64,000 nt of DNA from Squalus acanthias (lineage: Eukaryota). The notes below the pieces were generated by a model. It made no database searches. It had not been told where the DNA came from and saw only the letters and a program-made list of their open reading frames with translations. Shown piece by piece: positions 36,545 to 50,600 of this stretch. Position 1 is the first letter of the stretch, and every line of letters starts with the position of its first letter. Location of the stretch: the NCBI GenBank assembly GCA_030390025.1, contig JASTWF010000033.1, positions 2,048,001-2,112,000 of the forward strand, in the 5' to 3' direction. The translations under genes and the position numbers were made by a program.

Positions 36545-36955
36545 AGCAAAATACAGCGGATGCTGGAATCTGAAATATAAACAGAAAATGCTGGAAATAC
36601 TCAGCAGGTCAGGCAGCATCTGTGGAGAGCGAGAGAGAAACAGAGTTAACGTTTCAGGTCTGTGACCTTTCGTCCGAACTGGAAAAAGTTAGAGATGTAA
36701 CAGATTTTAACCAGGTGCAGAGGGCGGATTTAACCACTCCTGCCTTCCACCATATCACAGACCATCCCTTGTGTTCCTTCCTCCCCTCCCGCCTTTCCCT
36801 GCCTCTGCACCTGGTTAAAATCTGTTACAACTCTAACATTTTCCAGTTCTGACGAAAGGTCACAGACCTGAACCGTTAGATATGTTTTTCTCTCTCTCTC
36901 CCCCCACAGATGCAGCCTGACCTGCTGAGAATTTCCAGCATTTTCGGTTTTCAAA
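36545..36955. mobile_element. Two Penelope tail (pLTR) segments in inverted arrangement
   Basis: 36580-36723 is the reverse complement of 36802-36953 (GAAAATGCTGGAAAT..CAGGTCTGTGACCTTTCGTC..AACCAGGTGCAGAGG); same family as the tails at 12915-13010 and 37547-37720. Confidence 0.8.
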
Positions 36956-37546
36956 TTATGTAAAATAAAACGGTTTGTGTTTTCCTCTTTTTTGGTTCTC
37001 TTCCTAAACGTTTTAATGATATTTTAAAAAGTCAATAAAAAGTAATAAGTAACTCCTCCAAATCCTCCCCTGCCCTCCCCCTCCTCAACAGCATGATTGA
37101 ATCTTTTTGTGCAGCTACTCACTTCAGTCGATCGTTCAAAATCAAATATTGAGAAATTTAAGTTTTAAAATGTTTTAAGCAATTCAGAGGCTCCTTAAAA
37201 GTGTTTGAACATCAAGATCTGCTTGAAACTTGTTTAGATGAGGGGAACATTGATTTTCCCTTGTTGTTTCTTCCAAAATCGTTCCAGAAACTTAGGGTGA
37301 AAAAAGTGTTTTTAACGTTCACTTTTTGTGAAAAGTTCATTAAAAATCTTTAAATTCTTTCTAGTCTCATTGCAGCTTTGACAGAAGAAGTTGATCTAAG
37401 TTTCTCTTTCCATCTTCAATGCTATCGTTAAATATGCAACAATAAAATAAAATAAACTCTAACTCCAAACGGAGCTCAAATAAGAAAGTGTATAAAGTGA
37501 TTAAACTTCCTAAGGAGGCGGTTTGGTTATCTCTCCCCAGTACAAG

Positions 37547-40500
37547 AGCAAAATACTGTGGATGCTCCAAATCTGAAATAACAACAGAAAATGCTGGAAA
37601 TACTCAGCAGGCCAGGCAGCATCCGTGGAGAGAGAAACAGAGTTAACGTTTCAGTTCTGTGACCCTTCATCAGAACTGTTAAAAGTAACCGGTTTTAAGC
37701 AGGTGCAGAGGCAGGGAAAGTGGGTGGAGGGGAGGAAGGAACTAAAGGGACAGTCTGTGCTAGGATTAGGAAGGCAAATGGTATGCTGGCCTTCATTACA
37801 AGAGGATTTGAGTGCAGGAGTAAAGAAGCCTTACTCCAATTATATAGGGCCTTGGTGAGACCACACCTGGAGTACTGTGTACTATTGTGCTCTCCTTACA
37901 TAGGGAAGGATATACTTGCCATAGAGGGAGTGCAGCGAAGGTTCACGAGATTGATTCTTGGGATGGCGGGACTGTCGTATGAGAAGAGATTGAGTAGACT
38001 CGGCCTGTATTCTCTTGAATTCAGAAGAATGAGAGGGGATCTCATTGAAGCATACAAAATTATTACAGGGCTTTATAGGGTGGATGCTGGAAGAATGTTT
38101 CCCTTGGATGGGGAGTCTAGAACCAGGGGCCACAGCCTCAGGATAAAGGGTAGGCCATTCAGGACTGAGATGACAAGACATTTCTTCACACAGAGGTTGG
38201 TAAATCTTTGGAATTCTCTACCCCAGAGGGCTGTGGAGGTTCAGTCATTGGGTATATTCAAAACAGAAGCCGCTAGATTTCTGACTAGTAAGGGCATCAA
38301 GGGATATGGCGATAGGGCTGGTGAATGGAGTTGAGGCAGAAGATCAGCCATGATCTCATTGAATGGCGGAGCAGGCTCGATGGGCCGAATGGCCTACACC
38401 TGCTCCTATTTCTTATGTTCTTCTGTTCTTATGATTGAAGGCAGGACAGATTAAATGTTGCAAATGGGAATGACAGAATCATCAACAACAGCCACCTGAA
38501 AAAATAGGAGCAGGGGTTATCGTCTGAAATGGTTGAACTCTCTGTTGAGCCCAGAAGGCTGTAAAGTGCCTAATCGAAAGATGAGGTGCTGTTCCTCGAG
38601 CTTACGTTGAGCTTCATTGGAACAGTGTAAGAGGCCGTGGATGGAGAGGTCAGAGTGGGAGTGGAGCAGAGAATTAAAGGGACAGGCGACCGGAAGCTCG
38701 GGGTTACACTTACGGACTGAATGGAGGTGTTCCGCAAAGCGGTCACCCAATCTGCGTTTGGTCTCCCCAATGTAGAGGAGACCACATCGTGAGCAGCGAA
38801 TACAGTATACTAAATTGCAAGAAGTACAAGTAAATCGCTGTTTCACCTGGAAGGAGAGTTTGGGGCCCTGGACAGTGGGAAGGGAGGAGGTAAAAGGGCA
38901 TGTGTTGCATCTCTTGCGCTTGCACAGGAAGGTGCTGGGCGAAGGGGAAGGGGTGTTGGGGGTGATAGAGGAGTGGACCAGGGTGTCGCGGAGGGAGTGG
39001 TCCCTTCGGAATGCTGAAAGGGGAGGTGAGGGGAAGATGTGCTTGGTGGTGGGATCACGCTGGAGGTGGCGGAAAAGGCGGAGGATGATCCGTTGAATGT
39101 GGAGGCTGGTGGGGTGGAAGGTGAGGACAAGGGGAACCCTATCGTGGTTCCGGGAGGAAGAGTAGGGGAGACAGCAGAAATGCGGGAAATGGAACAGACA
39201 CGGTCAAGGGCCATGCCAACTGCAGTAGAGGGGAATCCTTGGTTGAGGAAAAAGGAAGACATGTTGGAAGCACTGGTATGGAACATTGCATCGTCAGAGC
39301 AGATGCGGCGGAGACAGAGAAACTGGGAGAATGGAATAGAGTCCTTACAGGAAGCGGGGTAGGAGGAAGTATAGTCCAGGTAGCTGTGAGAGTCAGTGGG
39401 CTTGTATTGGATGTTTGTCGATAGCCGATCGCCAGAAATGGAGATAGAGAAGTTGAGGAAGGGAAGGGAAGGGAAGAGTTAGAGATGGACCATGTGAAGG
39501 TGAGGGAAGGGTGGAAATTGGAAGCAAAGTGTATGACATTTTCTAGTTCAGGGCGAGAGCAGGAACCAGCACCGATACAGTCATCAATGCACCGGAAAAA
39601 GAGGTGAGGGAGGGGATCTGAGTAGGACTGGAACAAAGAATGTTCCACATATCCCAGAAAAGGTAGGCATAGCTAGGACCCATGCGGGTACCCATAGCAA
39701 CGCCTTTGATTTGGAGGAAATGAATGGATCAAAGGAGAAGTTGTTCAAGGTGAGAACAAGTTCAGCCAGGCGGAGGAGGGTGGCGGTGGATGGGGACTGG
39801 TTGTGCCTTTTTTCAAGGAAGAAGCGGAGGGCCCTCAGGCCATCCTGGTGGGGGATGGAGGAGTAGAGGGATTGTACATCCATGGTGAAAAGGAGGCGGT
39901 TGGGGCCTGGAAACTGGAAACTGTTAAAGTGGCGGAGGGCGTCAGAGGAATTGCGGATGTAGGTGGGAAGAGACTGGACAAGGGGAGAAAAAATAGAGTC
40001 GAGATAGGAAGAGATAAGTTCCGTGGGCTGAAAAGATGGGTCTACCAGGCCAGTCCTGTTTGTGGATCTTGGGAAGGAGGTAGAAGCGGGCTGTGCGGGG
40101 TTGGGGAACTATGAGATTGGCGGCCATGGGGGAAGATCCCCAGAGGAGATGAGGTCAGTGACAGTCTTGGAAATGGTGGCTTGATGTTCGGTAGTGGGTC
40201 ATGGTCCAGGTGGAGGTAGGAGGAGGTGGCGGAGAGTTGGCGTTCAGCATCTGCTAGGTAGAGGTCGGTTCACCAAACAACAACAGCACCACCCTTGTCA
40301 GCAGGTTTAATGACAATGTCGGGGTTGGATCGGAGAGAATGGAGTGCTGCAAGTTCAGAGGGAGGTAGGTTGGAGTGAGTGAGGGGAGCAGAGAAATTGA
40401 GATGGCCGATGTCACGGCGGCAGTTAGCAATGAAAAGATCTAGAGAGGGTAAGAGGCCAGAGGGAGGGGTCCAGGTGGAACGAGAATTCTGAAAGCGGGA

Positions 40501-40915
40501 GAAAGGGTCAGCCGTGCGGGGGGAAGACTCCTGGCCAAAGAAGTGGGCACGGAGACGAAGGCGGCGGAAAAAGAGCTCAGCATCATGCCGAGCTCGAAAT
40601 TCATTGAGGTGGGGGCGTAAGGGGATGAAGCTCAGGCCTTTGCTGAGGACTGATCGATCGGGGTCAGAGAGGGGAAGTTAAGAGGGGAAGTCTCTACTTA
40701 CCATAGACCACCCCTTTTGTTCTTTTATTCCTCCCCCCAGCCTCCCCCTTGCTTTTTTATCTGTTTCATTTCCTGCTGTTTTCTCAGTTCTGACGAAGGG
40801 TTTCGACCTGAAACGTTCACTCTGTTTCTCTCTCCACGGATGTTGCCTGGCCTGCTGAGTTTTTCCAGCGTTTTCTGTTGTTGTTTCAATTTTCCAGCAT
40901 CCGCAGTATTTTGCT
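37547..40915 (-). mobile_element. Penelope-like element (RT + GIY-YIG endonuclease), degenerate, with an inverted tail at its 5' side; interrupted by CR1
   Basis: Minus strand ARFYLLPKIHK, MDVQSLYSSIPH, FFRCIDDCIG, FTCTSCNLVYCIRCSRCGLLYIGETKRRLGDRFAEH..GLN. Tail at 37547-37760 (minus) and inverted tail at 40700-40915 (plus). Confidence 0.9.
37765..38432 (+). mobile_element. 5'-truncated CR1 LINE inserted in the Penelope tail
   Basis: [25 protein letters not shown] plus the canonical tail; close to the 14375-15039 copy. Confidence 0.93.
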
Positions 40916-40923
40916 ATCGTACA

Positions 40924-41660
40924 TGAATGGTGGAATTGGCTGAGTGAGGAATAACCTCCTCCTGTTCCTATGTCACAGGCTCGAGGGGCTGAATGGCCTC
41001 CTCCTGTCCCTATATAACAGGCTCGAGGGGCTGAATGGCCTTTCCTGTTCCTATGTAACAGGCTCGATGGCCTGAATGACCACCTCCTGTTCCTATGTAA
41101 CAGGCTCGAGGGGCTGAATGGCCTCCTCCTGTTCCTATATAACAGGCTCGAGGGGCTGAATGGCCTTTCCTGTTCCTATGTAACAGGCTCGAGGGGCTGA
41201 ATGGCCTCCTCCTGTTCCTAATGTAACAGGCTCGAGGGGCTGAATGGCCTCCTCCTGTTCCTGTGTAACAGGCTCGAGGGGCTGAATGGCCTCCTCCTCT
41301 TCCTATATAATAGGCTCGATGGCCTTTTGACTTCCTCCTGTTCCTATGTAACAGGCTCGAGGGGCTGAATGGCCTCCTCCTGTTCCTATGTAACAGGCTT
41401 AATGGACTGAATGGCCCACTCCCTTTGCTATATACCTGTCTTTAGGATCTTCATGAACTGCTTATTTTCCTACGTAGCAGGCTTGTGGGGTTTAATGGCT
41501 TTGTCCGATGTAACAACCTCGAGGGGTTTAATGGCCTACTCCTGTGCCTATGTAACTCGCTCAAGATTCTGAATTGCCTATTTCATTACGTTTTTAACAG
41601 GCTTGAGGGACTGAATGTCCAATCAATGTTTATATGTAACAGGTTCGATGGGTTGAATGT
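40924..41660 (+). repeat. 42-bp minisatellite derived from the CR1 3' terminus
   Basis: Unit ACAGGCTCGAGGGGCTGAATGGCCTCCTCCTGTTCCTATGTA (period 41101 to 41143) matches the CR1 tail GCAGGCTCGA.GGGCCGAATGGCCT..TCCTGCTCCTAT at ~38370-38410. Confidence 0.9.
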
Positions 41661-44600
41661 CCCGGCCAATATTTATCCCAGGTGTCACAGCCAATATTTA
41701 TCCCCGGTAACCTGGGCCAATATTTATCCCCGGTGTCCTGGGCCAATATTTATCCCCGGTGTCCTGGGCCAATATTTATCCCCGGTGTCCCAGCCAATAT
41801 TTATCCCCAGTGTCCTGGGCCAATATTTATTCCCGGTGTCCCAGCCAATATTTATCCTCGGTGACCTGGGCCAATATTTATCCCCGGTGTCCTGGGCCAA
41901 TATTTATCCCCGGTGACCTGGGCCAATGTTTATTCCCGGTGTCCTGGGCCAATATTTATCCCCGGTGTCCTGTGCCAATATTTATCCTCGGTGACCTGGG
42001 CCAATATTTATCCCCGGTGTCCCGGGCCAATATTTATCCCCGGTGTCCTGGGCCAATATTTATCCCTGGTGTACTGGGCCAATATTTATCCCCAGTGTCC
42101 TGGGCCAATATTTATCCCTGGTGTCCTGGGCCAATATTTATCCCCAGTGTCCTGGGCCAATATTTATCCCCGGTGTCCCGGACAATATTTATCCCCGGTG
42201 TCCTGTGCCAATATTTATCCCCGGTGTCCCGGGCCAATATTTATCCCCGGTGTCCCGGACAATATTTATCCCCGGTGTCCTGGGCCAATATTTATCCTCG
42301 GTGACCTGGGCCAATATTTATTCCCGGTGTCCTGGGCCAATATTTATCCTCGGTGACCTGGGCCAATATTTATTCCCGGTGTCCCGGGCCAATATTTATC
42401 CCTGGTGTCCTGGGCCAATATTTATCGCCGGTGTCCTGGGCCAATATTTATCCCCGGTGTCCTGGGCCAATATTTATCTCCGGTGTCCTGGGCCAATATT
42501 TATCCCCGGTGTCCCGGACAATATTTATCCCCGGTGTCCCGGACAATATTTATCCCCGGTGTCCCGGGCCAATATTTATCCCTGGTGTCCTGGGCCAATA
42601 TTTATCGCCGGTGTCCTGGGCCAATATTTATTCCCGGTGTCCTGGGCCAATATTTAGCTCCGGTGTCCTGGGCCAATATTTATCCCCGGTGTCCCAGCCA
42701 ATATTTATCCTCGGTGACCTGGGCCAATATTTATTCCCGGTGTCCTGGGCCAATATTTATCCTCGGTGACCTGGGCCAATATTTATCCCCGGTGTCCTGG
42801 GCCAATATTTATCCCCGGTGTCCTGGGCCAATATTTATCCCTGGTGTACTGGGCCAATATTTATCCCCAGTGTCCTGTGCCAATATTTATCCAGGGTGTC
42901 CTGGGCCAATATTTATCCCCAGTGTCCTGGGCCAATATTTATCCCCGGTGTCCCGGACAATATTTATCCCCGGTGTCCCGGACAATATTTATCCCCGGTG
43001 TCCTGGGCCAATATTTATCCCCGGTGTCCCGGACAATATTTATCCCCGGTGTCCTGGGCCAATATTTATCCTCGGTGACCTGGGCCAATATTTATCCCCG
43101 GTGTCCTGGGCCAATATTTATCCTCGGTGACCTGGGCCAATATTTATCCCCAGTGTCCTGGGCCAATATTTATCCCTGGTGTCCTGGGCCAATATTTATC
43201 CCCAGTGTCCTGGGCCAATATTTATCCCCGGTGTCCCGGACAATATTTATCCCCGGTGTCCTGGGCCAATATTTATCCCCGGTGTCCCGGGCCAATATTT
43301 ATCCCCGGTGTCCCGGACAATATTTATCCCCGGTGTCCTGGGCCAATATTTATCCTCGGTGACCTGGGCCAATATTTATTCCCGGTGTCCTGGGCCAATA
43401 TTTATCCTCGGTGACCTGGGCCAATATTTATTCCCGGTGTCCCGGGCCAATATTTATCCCTGGTGTCCTGGGCCAATATTTATCGCCGGTGTCCTGGGCC
43501 AATATTTATCCCCGGTGTCCTGTGCCAATATTTATCTCCGGTGTCCTGGGCCAATATTTATCCCCGGTGTCCCGGACAATATTTATCCCCGGTGTCCCGG
43601 ACAATATTTATCCCCGGTGTCCCGGGCCAATATTTATCCCTGGTGTCCTGGGCCAATATTTATCGCCGGTGTCCTGGGCCAATATTTATTCCCGGTGTCC
43701 TGGGCCAATATTTAGCTCCGGTGTCCTGGGCCAATATTTATCCCCGGTGTCCCAGCCAATATTTATCCTCGGTGACCTGGGCCAATATTTATTCCCGGTG
43801 TCCTGGGCCAATATTTATCCTCGGTGACCTGGGCCAATATTTATCCCCGGTGTCCTGGGCCAATATTTATCCCCGGTGTCCTGGGCCAATATTTATCCCT
43901 GGTGTACTGGGCCAATATTTATCCCCAGTGTCCTGGGCCAATATTTATCCAGGGTGTCCTGGGCCAATATTTATCCCCAGTGTCCTGGGCCAATATTTAT
44001 CCCCGGTGTCCCGGACAATATTTATCCCCGGTGTCCCGGACAATATTTATCCCCGGTGTCCTGGGCCAATATTTATCCCCGGTGTCCCGGACAATATTTA
44101 TCCCCGGTGTCCTGGGCCAATATTTATCCTCGGTGACCTGGGCCAATATTTATTCCCGGTGTCCTGGGCCAATATTTATCCTCGGTGACCTGGGCCAATA
44201 TTTATTCCCGGTGTCCCGGGCCAATATTTATCCCTGGTGTCCTGGGCCAATATTTATCGCCGGTGTCCTGGGCCAATATTTATCCCCGGTGTCCTGGGCC
44301 AATATTGATCTCCGGTGTCCTGGGCCAATATTTATCCCCGGTGTCCCGGACAATATTTATCCCCGGTGTCCCGGACAATATTTATCCCCGGTGTCCCGGG
44401 CCAATATTTATCCCTGGTGTCCTGGGCCAATATTTATCGCCGGTGTCCTGGGCCAATATTTATTCCCGGTGTCCTGGGCCAATATTTATCCCCGGTGTCC
44501 TGGGCCAATATTTATCTCCGGTGTCCTGGGCCAATATTTATCCCCGGTGTCCCGGACAATATTTATCCCCGGTGTCCTGGGCCAATATTTATCCTCGGTG

Positions 44601-47600
44601 ACCTGGGCCAATATTTATCTGCGGTGTCCTGGGCCAATATTTATCCCCGGTGTCCTGGGCCAATATTTATCCCCGGTGTCCTGGACAATATTTATCCCCG
44701 GTGTCCTGGGCCAATATTTATCTCCGGTGTCCTGGGACAATATTTATCCCCGGTGTCCTGGGCCAATATTTATCTCCGGTGTCCCAGCCAATATTTATCC
44801 CCGGTGTCCCGGACAATATTTATCCCCAGTGTCCTGGGCCAATATTTATCCCCGGTGTCCTGGGCCAATATTTATCCCCAGTGTCCTGGGCCAATTTTTA
44901 TCCCCAGTGTCCTGGGCCAATATTTATCCCCGGTGTCCTGGGACAATATTTATCCCCGGTGTCCCAGCCAATATTTATCCCCGGTGTCACAGCCAATATT
45001 TATTCCCGGTGTCCCAGCCAATATTTATCCCCGGTGTCCTGGGCCAATATTTATCCCCGGTGTCCTGGGCCAATATTTATCCCTGGTGTACTGGGCCAAT
45101 ATTTATCCCCAGTGTCCTGGGCCAATATTTATCCAGGGTGTCCTGGGCCAATATTTATCCCCAGTGTCCTGGGCCAATATTTATCCCCGGTGTCCCGGAC
45201 AATATTTATCCCCGGTGTCCTGGGCCAATATTTATCCTCGGTGACCAGGGCCAATATTTATTCCCGGTGTCCTGGGCCAATATTTATCCTCGGTGACCTG
45301 GGCCAATATTTATTCCCGGTGTCCCGGGCCAATATTTATCCCTGGTGTCCTGGGCCAATATTTATCGCCGGTGTCCTGGGCCAATATTTATCCCCGGTGT
45401 CCTGGGCCAATATTGATCTCCGGTGTCCCGGACAATATTTATCCCCGGTGTCCCGGACAATATTTATCCCCGGTGTCCCGGGCCAATATTTATCCCTGGT
45501 GTCCTGGGCCAATATTTATCGCCGGTGTCCTGGGCCAATATTTATTCCCGGTGTCCTGGGCCAATATTTATCCCCGGTGTCCTGGGCCAATATTTATCTC
45601 CGGTGTCCTGGGCCAATATTTATCCCCGGTGTCCCGGCCAATATTTATCCCCGGTGTCCTGGGCCAATATTTATCGCCGGTGTCCTGGGCCAATATTTAT
45701 CCTCGGTGACCTGGGCCAATATTTATCTGCGGTGTCCTGGGCCAATATTTATCCCCGGTGTCCTGGGCCAATATTTATCCCCGGTGTCCTGGACAATATT
45801 TATCCCCGGTGTCCTGGGCCAATATTTATCTCCGGTGTCCTGGGACAATATTTATCCCCGGTGTCCTGGGCCAATATTTATCTCCGGTGTCCCAGCCAAT
45901 ATTTATCCCCGGTGTCCCAGCCAATATTTATCCCCGGTGTCCCGGACAATATTTATCCCCGGTGTACTGGGCCAATATTTATCCCCAGTGTCCTGGGCCA
46001 ATATTTATCCAGGGTGTCCTGGGCCAATATTTATCCCCAGTGTCCTGGGCCAATATTTATCCCCGGTGTCCCGGACAATATTTATCCCCGGTGTCCCGGA
46101 CAATATTTATCCCCGGTGTCCTGGGCCAATATTTATCCCCGGTGTCCCGGACAATATTTATCCCCGGTGTCCTGGGCCAATATTTATCCTCGGTGACCTG
46201 GGCCAATATTTATTCCCGGTGTCCTGGGCCAATATTTATCCTCGGTGACCTGGGCCAATATTTATTCCCGGTGTCCCGGGCCAATATTTATCCCTGGTGT
46301 CCTGGGCCAATATTTATCGCCGGTGTCCTGGGCCAATATTTATCCCCGGTGTCCTGGGCCAATATTGATCTCCGGTGTCCTGGGCCAATATTTATCCCCG
46401 GTGTCCCGGACAATATTTATCCCCGGTGTCCCGGACAATATTTATCCCCGGTGTCCCGGGCCAATATTTATCCCTGGTGTCCTGGGCCAATATTTATCGC
46501 CGGTGTCCTGGGCCAATATTTATTCCCGGTGTCCTGGGCCAATATTTATCCCCGGTGTCCTGGGCCAATATTTATCTCCGGTGTCCTGGGCCAATATTTA
46601 TCCCCGGTGTCCCGGACAATATTTATCCCCGGTGTCCTGGGCCAATATTTATCCTCGGTGACCTGGGCCAATATTTATCTGCGGTGTCCTGGGCCAATAT
46701 TTATCCCCGGTGTCCTGGGCCAATATTTATCCCCGGTGTCCTGGACAATATTTATCCCCGGTGTCCTGGGCCAATATTTATCTCCGGTGTCCTGGGACAA
46801 TATTTATCCCCGGTGTCCTGGGCCAATATTTATCTCCGGTGTCCCAGCCAATATTTATCCCCGGTGTCCCGGACAATATTTATCCCCAGTGTCCTGGGCC
46901 AATATTTATCCCCGGTGTCCTGGGCCAATATTTATCCCCAGTGTCCTGGGCCAATTTTTATCCCCAGTGTCCTGGGCCAATATTTATCCCCGGTGTCCTG
47001 GGACAATATTTAACCCCGGTGTCCCAGCCAATATTTATCCCCGGTGTCACAGCCAATATTTATTCCCGGTGTCCCAGCCAATATTTATCCCCGGTGTCCT
47101 GGGCCAATATTTATCCCCGGTGTCCTGGGCCAATATTTATCCCTGGTGTACTGGGCCAATATTTATCCCCAGTGTCCTGGGCCAATATTTATCCAGGGTG
47201 TCCTGGGCCAATATTTATCCCCAGTGTCCTGGGCCAATATTTATCCCCGGTGTCCCGGACAATATTTATCCCCGGTGTCCTGGGCCAATATTTATCCTCG
47301 GTGACCAGGGCCAATATTTATTCCCGGTGTCCTGGGCCAATATTTATCCTCGGTGACCTGGGCCAATATTTATTCCCGGTGTCCCGGGCCAATATTTATC
47401 CCTGGTGTCCTGGGCCAATATTTATCGCCGGTGTCCTGGGCCAATATTTATCCCCGGTGTCCTGGGCCAATATTGATCTCCGGTGTCCCGGACAATATTT
47501 ATCCCCGGTGTCCCGGACAATATTTATCCCCGGTGTCCCGGGCCAATATTTATCCCTGGTGTCCTGGGCCAATTTTTATCGCCGGTGTCCTGGGCCAATA

Positions 47601-50600
47601 TTTATTCCCGGTGTCCTGGGCCAATATTTATCCCCGGTGTCCCAGCCAATATTTATCCCCGGTGTCACAGGCCAATATTTATTCCCGGTGTCCTGGGCAA
47701 TATTTATCCCCGGTGTCCTGGGCCAATATTTATCTCCGGTGTCCTGGGACAATATTTATCCCGGTGTCCTGGGCCAATATTTATCTCCGGTGTCCCAGCC
47801 AATATTTATCCCCGGTGTCCCGGACAATATTTATCCCCAGTGTCCTGGGCCAATATTTATCCCCGGTGTCCTGGCCAATATTTATCCCCAGTGTCCTGGG
47901 CCAATTTTTATCCCCAGTGTCCTGGCCAATATTTATCCCCGGTGTCCTGGGACAATATTTAACCCCGGTGTCCCAGCCAATATTTATCCCCGGTGTCACA
48001 GCCAATATTTATTCCCGTGTCCCAGCCAATATTTATCCCCGGTGTCCTGGGCCAATATTTATCCCCGGTGTCCTGGGCCAATATTTATCCCGGTGTACTG
48101 GGCCAATATTTATCCCCAGGTGTCCTGGGCCAATATTTATCCAGGTGTCCTGGGCCAATATTTATCCCCAGTGTCCTGGGCCAATATTTATCCCCGGTGT
48201 CCCGGACAATATTTATCCCCGGTGTCCTGGCCAATATTTATCCTCGGTGACCAGGGCCAATATTTATTCCCGGTGTCCTGGGCCAATATTTATCCTCGGT
48301 GACCTGGGCCAATATTTATTCCCGGTGTCCCGGGCCAATATTTATCCCTGGTGTCCTGGGCCAATATTTATCGCCGGTGTCCTGGGCCAATATTTATCCC
48401 CGGTGTCCTGGGCCAATATTGATCTCCGGTGTCCCGGACAATATTTATCCCCGGTGTCCCGGACAATATTTATCCCCGGTGTCCCGGGCCAATATTTATC
48501 CCTGGTGTCCTGGGCCAATTTTTATCGCCGGTGTCCTGGGCCAATATTTATTCCCGGTGTCCTGGGCCAATATTTATCCCCGGTGTCCTGGGCCAATATT
48601 TATCTCCGGTGTCCTGGGCCAATATTTATCCCCGGTGTCCCGGCCAATATTTATCCCCGGTGTCCTGGGCCAATATTTATCGCCGGTGTCCTGGGCCAAT
48701 ATTTATCCTCGGTGACCTGGGCCAATATTTATCTGCGGTGTCCTGGGCCAATATTTATCCCCGGTGTCCTGGGCCAATATTTATCCCCGGTGTCCTGGAC
48801 AATATTTATCCCCGGTGTCCTGGGCCAATATTTATCTCCGGTGTCCTGGGACAATATTTATCCCCGGTGTCCTGGGCCAATATTTATCTCCGGTGTCCCA
48901 GCCAATATTTATCCCCGGTGTCCCAGCCAATATTTATCCCCGGTGTCCCGGACAATATTTATCCCCGGTGTCCTGGGCCAATATTTATCCCCGGTGTCCT
49001 GGGCCAATATTTATCCCCAGTGTCCTGGGCCAATTTTTATCCCCTTGTCCTGGGCCAATATTTATCCCCGGTGTCCTGGGACAATATTTATCCCCGGTGT
49101 CCCAGCCAATATTTATCCCCGGTGTCCTGGGCCAATATTGATCCCCGGTGTCACAGCCAATATTTATCCCCGGTGTCACAGCCAATATTTATCCCCGGTG
49201 TCACAGCCAATATTTATCCCCGGTGTCCTGGGCCAATATTTATCCCCAGTGTCCTGGGCCAATTTTTATCCCCTTGTCCTGGGCCAATATTTATCCCCGG
49301 TGTCCTGGGACAATATTTATCCCCGGTGTCCCAGCCAATATTTATCCCCGGTGACCTGGGCCAATATTGATCCCCGGTGTCACAGCCAATATTTATCCCC
49401 GGTGTCACAGCCAATATTTATCCCCGGTGTCACAGCCAATATTTATTCCCGGTGTCCCAGCCAATATTTATCCCCGGTGTCCTGGGCCAATATTTATCCC
49501 CGGTGTCCTGGACAATATTTATCCCCGGTGTCCTGGGCCAATATTTATCTCCGGTGTCCTGGGACAATATTTATCCCCGGTGTCCTGGGCCAATATTTAT
49601 CTCCGGTGTCCCAGCCAATATTTATCCCCGGTGTCCCAGCCAATATTTATCCCCGGTGTCCCGGACAATATTTATCCCCAGTGTCCTGGGCCAATATTTA
49701 TCCCCGGTGTCCTGGGCCAATATTTATCCCCAGTGTCCTGGGCCAATTTTTATCCCCAGTGTCCTGGGCCAATATTTATCCCCGGTGTCCTGGGACAATA
49801 TTTATCCCCGGTGTCCCAGCCAATATTTATCCCCGTTGTCACAGCCAATATTTATTCCCGGTGTCCCAGCCAATATTTATCCCCGGTGTCCTGGGCCAAT
49901 ATTTATCCCCGGTGTCCTGGGCCAATATTTATCCCTGGTGTACTGGGCCAATATTTATCCAGGGTGTCCTGGGCCAATATTTATCCCCAGTGTCCTGGGC
50001 CAATATTTATCCCCGGTGTCCCGGACAATATTTATCCCCGGTGTCCCGGACAATATTTATCCCCGGTGTCCTGGGCCAATATTTATCCCCGGTGTCCCGG
50101 ACAATATTTATCCCCGGTGTCCTGGGCCAATATTTATCCTCGGTGACCTGGGCCAATATTTATTCCCGGTGTCCTGGGCCAATATTTATCCTCGGTGACC
50201 TGGGCCAATATTTATTCCCGGTGTCCCGGGCCAATATTTATCCCTGGTGTCCTGGGCCAATATTTATCGCCGGTGTCCTGGGCCAATATTTATCCCCGGT
50301 GTCCTGGGCCAATATTGATCTCCGGTGTCCCGGACAATATTTATCCCCGGTGTCCCGGACAATATTTATCCCCGGTGTCCTGGGCCAATATTTATCTCCG
50401 GTGTCCTGGGCCAATATTTATCCCCGGTGTCCCGGCCAATATTTATCCCGGTGTCCTGGGCCAATATTTATCGCCGGTGTCCTGGGCCAATATTTATCTC
50501 CGGTGACCTGGGCCAATATTTATCTGCGGTGTCCTGGGCCAATATTTATCCCCGGTGTCCTGGGCCAATATTTATCCCCGGTGTCCTGGACATTATTTAT

